A stretch of DNA of 63,329 bases, the filler included. It is 6 parts of 6 records of this genome, joined end to end, with 100 filler letters (N's around TTAATTAATTAA, not from the genome) between each part and the next. Parts side by side here need not be neighbours in the genome. Positions count along the whole stretch, not along the records: positions 52,925 to 58,086 come from SRR31156797_14524; positions 58,187 to 63,329 come from SRR31156797_14548; 4 more parts are not named here. One strand, written 5' to 3'. The notes under the pieces were generated by a model. It was not told the DNA's origin. It ran no database searches and saw only the letters and a list, made by a program, of their open reading frames with translations. A program made the translations under genes and the position numbers. Shown one piece after another: positions 57,332 to 63,329 of the stretch (position 1 is its first letter; each line of letters starts with the position of its first letter).

Positions 57332-57990
57332 TCCAGTTTGTAACCGCCGCCGTATACTGTTTTAATCGGATTGAATCCTTCTCTGTTGATCAGGTTTCGG
57401 ATCCTCTTGATATGATTGTCTATGGCTCTCTCATAGCCGCTGAAATCGGATGGGAAAGCCAATTCGATCAGCTTGGCCCTGCTGAAAATAACATTAGGAT
57501 TTTTCATAAACACTTCCAGTATCATCAGCTGAGCCATGCTCAAGACGACATCCTCGCCTTCGATCTTAAGGCTTCCCGTCTCTTTACAGTATTCCAAAGG
57601 GCCGCATTTCAGGGTATCTAATATCTCAGCTGAGGAACGTCGCAGAACAGCGTTGACCCTGCTGATAAGCTCATCTGGATCAAAGGGCTTGCTGATGTAG
57701 TCGTCCGCTCCCAGATCCAGGCAGTTCACAATATCCCTTTTCGTGTTTTTTGCCGTGAGGACTATAATGGGGACATCGTCATTCCTTCTGATTCTGGCGC
57801 ATACCTCCTCCCCTCTGATCTTCGGAATCATCAGATCCAGCAGAATGAGATCGGGCCTGAATGAACCGGCCAGTTCCATTCCTGCCATTCCGTCGGAAGC
57901 TATAGCAGTTTCGTATCCGGATTTCTCAAGATAAATAGTAATCCAACGGGCGATTTTGGCTTCATCTTCAATAACCAGAATTTTCTTCAT
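57325..57990 (-). CDS. OmpR-family response regulator
   Basis: ILVIEDE, LLDLMIP, LTAK, GADDYISKPF, IKTVYGGGYKL. Confidence 0.95.
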   Translation of the reverse strand: MKKILVIEDEAKIARWITIYLEKSGYETAIASDGMAGMELAGSFRPDLILLDLMIPKIRGEEVCARIRRNDDVPIIVLTAKNTKRDIVNCLDLGADDYISKPFDPDELISRVNAVLRRSSAEILDTLKCGPLEYCKETGSLKIEGEDVVLSMAQLMILEVFMKNPNVIFSRAKLIELAFPSDFSGYERAIDNHIKRIRNLINREGFNPIKTVYGGGYKLEC

Positions 57991-58004
57991 CAGTATGGAT
58001 CCTT

Positions 58005-58086
58005 TCAGACATCGTCCTCAGTAAAATCATCTTCTATATCTTCGTCTTCGTCTTCGTCTTCATCTTCATCTTCATCTTCATCTTCA
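58005..58086 (-). CDS. 3' end of a protein with an acidic (ED)n tail, truncated
   Basis: ...EDEDEDEDEDEDEDEDIEDDFTEDDV*; (TCTTCR)x8 at 58039-58086. Confidence 0.6.
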
Positions 58087-58186
58087 NNNNNNNNNNNNNN
58101 NNNNNNNNNNNNNNNNNNNNNNNNNNNNNNTTAATTAATTAANNNNNNNNNNNNNNNNNNNNNNNNNNNNNNNNNNNNNNNNNNNN
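58087..58186. other. Artificial contig spacer
   Basis: N44-TTAATTAATTAA-N44. Confidence 0.98.
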
Positions 58187-58390
58187 ATGCTGAAATTCAA
58201 CAATTTCAAAAGGTTTACCTTCAATTTCAATTTTAAGTCCATTTCTAAAATCTTTAGTAGAAATCATATTTCCTCCAAAAAAATATTATTTGCAGGGCCT
58301 TAAATGGCGCCTTAAGCGTTACCCCGCTGTCTTCGTAAGAAAAGTGACAGCAGCAGCGGTTTTCTGCAGCTAGAATCTCGTCTCTAAAAA

Positions 58391-58846
58391 CTAATCCGCT
58401 GCCACATGTGAAAACAATGCTTGAACGGCCAAGGCATAGCTCATTATTCCGAATCCGGCAATTACTCCAATGCACTGTTTTCCCATAAAACTTTGCTGGC
58501 GAACCGGATCTTCGGTCCGCGCCCAGATGTTGCTGATATGTACTTCAACGCAGGGAACTTCAATCCACGCAAGGCAATCAGCAAGGGCAAGGCTGGTATG
58601 GGTATAGGCTCCGGCATTGAAAGCCACTCCGTCGACACCATCTTCACGAGCTTTTTCCAACCTGTCGATCAAGGCACCTTCGGAATTGGATTGAAAAAAC
58701 TCCAGCTTGATCTCGTTAGCTTTATCACCCATAAGTGTCTTAAGGTGTTCGGGAATATCTTCAATTTTATCAGAGCCGTAAATCTCAGGTTGACGTTTGC
58801 CTACATATCCGAGATTAGGTCCGTTCAGAATCAGAAAGGTTTTCAT
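58391..58846 (-). CDS. aroQ: Type II 3-dehydroquinate dehydratase
   Basis: ILNGPNL...G.R.PEIYG, FQSNSEG.LID, NAGAYTHTS.AL.D, EVHISN. Confidence 0.95.
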   Translation of the reverse strand: MKTFLILNGPNLGYVGKRQPEIYGSDKIEDIPEHLKTLMGDKANEIKLEFFQSNSEGALIDRLEKAREDGVDGVAFNAGAYTHTSLALADCLAWIEVPCVEVHISNIWARTEDPVRQQSFMGKQCIGVIAGFGIMSYALAVQALFSHVAAD

Positions 58847-58973
58847 GAAATCCACCTTTTATGTTCAGGTTCAGGGAAAATATCCTTATAATGATTGCTC
58901 AGCTTGACTAGCCTTGATAAATAAGTGAACAAGGCAAGTTCACGCAACAACGAATAATCAAGGACGATTCCTT

Positions 58974-59579
58974 ATGGATAATACACTTACACTAATTAAA
59001 ACAGTTTACGAGATCAATCAGCTTGAGGAATTCGCAGCTCCGCAGATCATCCTTGCCGGACGTTCCAATGTCGGAAAATCCTCGCTGATCAACTGCCTTG
59101 CAAGCAGGAAAAAGCTGGCCAAGATCAGTTCCACTCCGGGCAAAACGCGTAGTCTTAACTATTACGAAGTTGATCCGCACGGCTACTATATTGTAGACCT
59201 GCCCGGTTACGGATACGCTCGTTGTTCAAAGACAGAACGTGCCAAGTGGGCCCAGTTAATCGATAAATATCTGCTTGATAATGCTTACGTAGCTGCCGCA
59301 GCAGTCCTGCTGGACAGCCGCCACAATCCACAGCAGAATGATTTGGATCTCATTTCCTACTTCAAACACTGTAATATTCCCATCATTCCGATTATGACCA
59401 AATCGGACAAGACCAAGCAGCGGGACCGCGCAAAAGTCCAAAATAAATGGGAAGAAATTCTTAAGGTCAAGCCGATCTGTGTATCCAGTAAAACCGGCAT
59501 GAACCGCACCAAGCTTTGGAATCTTCTGGACATTACCGCAATTCCGGAACTGGCAGAAGTTGCAGAAGGATCTGAATAA
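58974..59579 (+). CDS. yihA: Ribosome biogenesis GTP-binding protein YihA/YsxC (EngB)
   Basis: GRSNVGKSSLIN, SSTPGKT, DLPGYGYA, TKSDK. Confidence 0.96.
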   Translation: MDNTLTLIKTVYEINQLEEFAAPQIILAGRSNVGKSSLINCLASRKKLAKISSTPGKTRSLNYYEVDPHGYYIVDLPGYGYARCSKTERAKWAQLIDKYLLDNAYVAAAAVLLDSRHNPQQNDLDLISYFKHCNIPIIPIMTKSDKTKQRDRAKVQNKWEEILKVKPICVSSKTGMNRTKLWNLLDITAIPELAEVAEGSE

Positions 59580-59612
59580 AAAACACCGCAGATAAAGTTT
59601 TATCAGCAGTCC

Positions 59613-59648
59613 AAGGGCATTTCATCATTATGATGAAATGCCCTTTTT
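59613..59648 (+). terminator. Rho-independent terminator between convergent yihA and lptG
   Basis: Perfect 16-bp inverted repeat AAGGGCATTTCATCAT-T-ATGATGAAATGCCCTT followed by Ts. Confidence 0.85.
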
Positions 59649-59650
59649 AA

Positions 59651-60781
59651 TTAACTTGCTTTAAATTTGATCAAGTACTTGCCGAAATGCTCGGGTACAA
59701 ACACCCACGCAATCCGCCCCAAAGCCAACGAACTAACCATAATATTCCCTAACCACGCAGCAACGATCGGGGGCAAAGCCCCGCTGTCCCCGGCGGAAGC
59801 ACCGACCATAAACAAGGCGTAATAGGTAAAAATTAAGGCCAGCCCCAGGCCAATGTTCAAATAGATATTCTCAGTAATTGTCACCAGCGCAAGTGACACA
59901 AGGGCCATGGTCAGGAGCGAGAAAGCATAGGCCCACTTGGAGTGCCATGCAGTGATCAGACGGTCCACGCTTGAACCGGAAAGCTTGAGCTGTTCAATAA
60001 CTTGGTCAAGCTGCCAGAGTGGTAACTGAGCCGGATCAATATCGGGATCAACGACTTTGAACACATTAAGATTCAGCTTAATGGGCATGGTAAAAATCGG
60101 ATGTTTTTGCGAGGCAAATTTATCAGGGCTAAGCTCAACGGCATTCTCCAGCTTCCAGCCATACTTGCTGCTGACCTCGGCACTCTCGGACGTAATAACT
60201 CGCTCGATTCCGCCATTACCCTCGGCAAATTCGTAAACAGTGATACCCTTAGCCCGGTTTCCAAAAGGCATGACTTCCTTGGCCTCGACCACGAAACGCC
60301 CTTCCTTGAGCCAGATATTTTTAAGCACCCGCTTATCAAGCATACTTTTACGCACATCCTCTTTCCAGATGCGGTAGGCCTCCTGCTCTCCGTAAACACC
60401 AATGACCTGCGAAAAGAGCAACTGCCCAAAAGACCAGATCACGGCATAGATCACGAAGAATCGTAGAAACCAGATCAATGAAAGTCCTCCCGTGCGTAAA
60501 GCTAGAAGCTCTTTGCTTCGGGCCATAACACAAAGCTGCACGATCATGGATATCAGGAAAACTGCAGGCAGAATCTGGGAAAAGATAAGCGGCATCTTGA
60601 CCAGAAAGTATTTCAGAATAGTACCCATGCCCAGTCCAGCCTCAATAAAATCATCCAGACGGTCAAAGAGGTCAGAGAGTAGATAGATCCCTGTGCCTAC
60701 TCCAAGGCAAACGCACATCAGAAAAAGGTTCTGCTTCAAAACATACGACGCAAGATATCCAGGAAGAAGTCTGCGAATCAT
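59651..60781 (-). CDS. lptG: LPS export ABC transporter permease LptG
   Basis: ELLALRTGGLS, 3+3 TM layout, LPPIVAAWLGN; follows lptF. Confidence 0.85.
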   Translation of the reverse strand: MIRRLLPGYLASYVLKQNLFLMCVCLGVGTGIYLLSDLFDRLDDFIEAGLGMGTILKYFLVKMPLIFSQILPAVFLISMIVQLCVMARSKELLALRTGGLSLIWFLRFFVIYAVIWSFGQLLFSQVIGVYGEQEAYRIWKEDVRKSMLDKRVLKNIWLKEGRFVVEAKEVMPFGNRAKGITVYEFAEGNGGIERVITSESAEVSSKYGWKLENAVELSPDKFASQKHPIFTMPIKLNLNVFKVVDPDIDPAQLPLWQLDQVIEQLKLSGSSVDRLITAWHSKWAYAFSLLTMALVSLALVTITENIYLNIGLGLALIFTYYALFMVGASAGDSGALPPIVAAWLGNIMVSSLALGRIAWVFVPEHFGKYLIKFKAS

Positions 60782-61965
60782 GCTTCTTTCCTCCTGAATT
60801 TTTTCAGGAACGGAATCCTGATGCTAAATGAATGTTCCATAACCGCCATCTTGAGCAGAACCACTGAAATAACTGCAAATGTTACATTAGGTAACCAAAG
60901 ACCGACCACCGGAGTCAATACTCCGCTCTCTCCGAAAGTAACCCCGAGGGAAAGCATGGTGTAGTAAACAAGAAACAAGCCCATGGAAATGATCAAGCCG
61001 TACTGTTGTTTCAATCCCCTGAAAATACAGGCAATGGGCACGGCAAACATACCAAGAACCAGGCAAGCAACAGGTAGGGCCAATCTTTTTTGAACCTCTA
61101 CCTGAACTTTTTTAAAAAAACCGGGATCAATCTCCCCGGCGCGGTCCCCCGCCCTGCTGATACGAACCAGCTTTTCCCAAGACATTTCCTTGGGACGCAA
61201 TTCATCCACATCGTAGCCTTTAAGAATATTGGCTAAGGGGATGCGCACATCGTAGTTTTTGAACTTAAGCACGCTAAGTTGCTCCCGCTCCTGCTGGTAA
61301 ATACGCCCGTTTTCCAAATGAATGAGCAAACGGCCCATTTTTGGATCTGTACGGATTTCACCAAGCGGCGCAACGATTGTAGCGGTCATGCCTTTACGGG
61401 TGTTGTCACGAACAAAGACAGAACGCATGATACCGCTTTCTTCATCAACTCCATCTGCATAGAAAACAAGTCCCGGAAAATTCTTATTAAATACTCCGGG
61501 CTGAATTGCCAGTTGACTCTGAGTGCGAGCAAATTCCATAAGTGCGTTACGGAAATTTTCCGTGCCCCATGAAAGTCCGTAAAGAGAAAAATAAAAATCA
61601 GCCCCTGTGCAAAGCAGGCAGAAGATGATCGGCGCAGGTAGCAACCTGTAAAGACTCAAACCACCGGATTTAAGCGCAGTTATTTCATTATCCGCGTTCA
61701 TTCTCAGAAAGGTAAGAAAGATCGAGAGCATAGTCGCGATCGGGGTGAGCATAAGCAAAAAAAACGGACAGAGGTACATGAAAAGTTTAGCCATTTCCAA
61801 TGCACCAATACTCTGGCCCATGAACAGATCCCTGAACTGGAGCAGTCTGCCGATGAGGATCAACCCCATGAATCCTGAAATACTCAGGGTGAATATGGAT
61901 ATGAGTTCTTTAAAAATATTGCGATGAAGAAGCTTCAATTTAGTTCCCGCAAAAGATGCAGACAA
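60778..61965 (-). CDS. lptF: LPS export ABC transporter permease LptF
   Basis: DNEITALKSGGLS, IQPGVFN, LENG, RLALPVAC, WLPN; exact start uncertain. Confidence 0.88.
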   Translation of the reverse strand: MSASFAGTKLKLLHRNIFKELISIFTLSISGFMGLILIGRLLQFRDLFMGQSIGALEMAKLFMYLCPFFLLMLTPIATMLSIFLTFLRMNADNEITALKSGGLSLYRLLPAPIIFCLLCTGADFYFSLYGLSWGTENFRNALMEFARTQSQLAIQPGVFNKNFPGLVFYADGVDEESGIMRSVFVRDNTRKGMTATIVAPLGEIRTDPKMGRLLIHLENGRIYQQEREQLSVLKFKNYDVRIPLANILKGYDVDELRPKEMSWEKLVRISRAGDRAGEIDPGFFKKVQVEVQKRLALPVACLVLGMFAVPIACIFRGLKQQYGLIISMGLFLVYYTMLSLGVTFGESGVLTPVVGLWLPNVTFAVISVVLLKMAVMEHSFSIRIPFLKKFRRKEA

Positions 61966-62036
61966 TATAAGTTAAACACAAAAATGCCGCAGACTTAATT
62001 TCAATCTGTGCAGCAGAATCAAACAAAGAACCAGAC

Positions 62037-62231
62037 TTAGCAGTCCGGGACTTCACCATTGTTTTCAGCGTAAAAACGTTCCATGAATTCCATATCCTTA
62101 GGGGAAAGGTTGAATCTCATGGCGGCCTCTTCAAGCAGTGATTTTAACGGCTTTCCAGTCTCAGTATGCTGCTCAGAAATCCATTTAATCGCTTTTCTGG
62201 TCAGCTCACAGGGAGGCACAACAGTGGTCAT
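62037..62231 (-). CDS. Small conserved hypothetical protein
   Basis: 64 aa, AAGGA RBS; RKAIKWISE..LLEEAAMRFNLSPKD.EF pattern. Confidence 0.7.
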   Translation of the reverse strand: MTTVVPPCELTRKAIKWISEQHTETGKPLKSLLEEAAMRFNLSPKDMEFMERFYAENNGEVPDC

Positions 62232-62379
62232 ATATTTGATCCTTGGTTAAAGACGTAATTGATTAATATATATCAGTACACCAGCTTGCCGCCCCTTGCA
62301 ACTTTGTGCAGGCTGGCTTACCCAAAGCTGGTAACTTGAATTCTAGACCGGAAATTCCGGCAATCATAAAGGAATACCA

Positions 62380-63174
62380 ATGACATCTCTCTTTACCGCC
62401 GCCATACTCGGCATAGTTGAAGGACTCACTGAATTTCTACCGGTTTCAAGCACCGGACATCTGATCATCACCGGACACCTACTCGGTTTCACCGGAGAGA
62501 AAGCGGCCTCGTTTGAAGTCGCCATCCAACTCGGCGCAATTCTGGCTGTGGTTGTTCTCTATTGGCCCCGCTTCTGGGGGCTGCTTTTCCCCAAACCGGA
62601 ACAACGTTTTTCCGGCATTCGTGGTCTCTACCTGCTTTTCCTGACCAGTCTCCCGGCATCCGTGTTGGGACTGCTGGCACACGATTTCATCAAGCAACAC
62701 CTCTTTAACCCTTATACTGTTGCATGGGCACTGGGCGTAGGTGCAATCATGATATTGATTGTTGAGAAAAAAGACGTTCATCCGAATTGTTACTCTCTTG
62801 ATGAAGTAACCCCTAAACTGGCTCTTGGTATCGGCTGCTTCCAGTGCCTCGCGCTCTGGCCCGGATTTTCCCGGTCTGCCGCAACCATCATGGGCGGCAT
62901 GCTTCTCGGTGCTAAACGCAAAATTGCTGCGGAATACTCCTTCATTGCAGCTGTACCGATCATGTTCGCGGCTACCGGATATGACATGCTCAAAAGCTAC
63001 AAGCTCTTCACCGTGGCAGATATACCCTTCCTAGCGGTTGGATTCATTGTCTCTTTTCTTTCCGCCTGGGCGGCAGTGAAAGGGTTCATTTATCTGCTGG
63101 GTAAGCTAACTCTGCGTCCCTTTGCATACTACCGCCTTGCTCTGGCACCGCTGGTACTTTTTTTCTGGAGCTGA
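62380..63174 (+). CDS. uppP: Undecaprenyl-diphosphate phosphatase UppP (BacA)
   Basis: GIVEGLTEFLPVSSTGHL, IQLGAILAV, PGFSRSAATI, AAEYSF. Confidence 0.97.
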   Translation: MTSLFTAAILGIVEGLTEFLPVSSTGHLIITGHLLGFTGEKAASFEVAIQLGAILAVVVLYWPRFWGLLFPKPEQRFSGIRGLYLLFLTSLPASVLGLLAHDFIKQHLFNPYTVAWALGVGAIMILIVEKKDVHPNCYSLDEVTPKLALGIGCFQCLALWPGFSRSAATIMGGMLLGAKRKIAAEYSFIAAVPIMFAATGYDMLKSYKLFTVADIPFLAVGFIVSFLSAWAAVKGFIYLLGKLTLRPFAYYRLALAPLVLFFWS

Positions 63175-63238
63175 AAAAGCTAACTGCGCGGCAATTTGAA
63201 TTATTTTCAAAAAAATTCAAGAAAAGTTCATTTTTTAC

Positions 63239-63267
63239 TTGCCAAGCTTAAGCAGAATATATAGAAC
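63239..63267 (+). promoter_or_regulatory. Sigma70 promoter of the tRNA gene
   Basis: TTGCCA (63239), 17 bp, TAGAAC (63262), preceded by A/T tracts resembling an UP element. Confidence 0.55.
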
Positions 63268-63305
63268 TTCTCCTCGTTGGACGGGAAGTTCAACACCACA
63301 AACGT

Positions 63306-63329
63306 GGCGAGGTAGCTCAGTTGGTTAGA
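63306..63329 (+). tRNA. tRNA 5' fragment (anticodon outside window; possibly tRNA-Met)
   Basis: GGCGAGG acceptor strand followed by TAGCTCAGTTGGTTAGA D-arm consensus. Confidence 0.8.

Noticed and set aside
1-63329. CRISPR array, rRNA, integrase or transposase
   Set aside because: No regularly spaced repeat-spacer array, rRNA sequence or recombinase motif was found by eye

Overview
The window is not one locus. It is six unrelated contigs joined by artificial 100-bp spacers (N44-TTAATTAATTAA-N44) at 15340-15439, 25029-25128, 34655-34754, 52825-52924 and 58087-58186. Taxonomic labels below are impressions from composition and gene content only. (1) 1-15339, GC-rich and spirochaete-like: three sugar (CUT2) ABC transporters with a lactonase, an RraA/HMG-aldolase, a 2-hydroxyacid dehydrogenase, a VOC enzyme, a collapsed TRAP dctQ-dctM pseudogene and GntR-type operators. 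(2) 15440-25028: two secreted glycoside hydrolases and an MFS gene flanking a very AT-rich five-gene island (XRE regulator, m4C DNA methyltransferase, unknown winged-helix-like protein, AAA+ ATPase, PIN nuclease). This island is the best candidate for an undescribed anti-phage / restriction-modification-like system. (3) 25129-34654: part of a type VI secretion cluster (tagH/fha, tssK, tssL, tssM, tagF, tssA; no tssJ). (4) 34755-52824, Desulfobulbales-like: CbiA/DsrN-family amidase, uvrB, an acetate uptake/activation/protein-acetylation cluster, pduO and a family I CoA-transferase. (5) 52925-58086: aldo/keto reductase, lipoprotein and an OmpR/BaeS-type two-component system. (6) 58187-63329, Desulfovibrio-like housekeeping genes (aroQ, yihA, lptFG, uppP) ending in the 5' part of a tRNA. 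All calls come from motif reading by eye; no searches were run.
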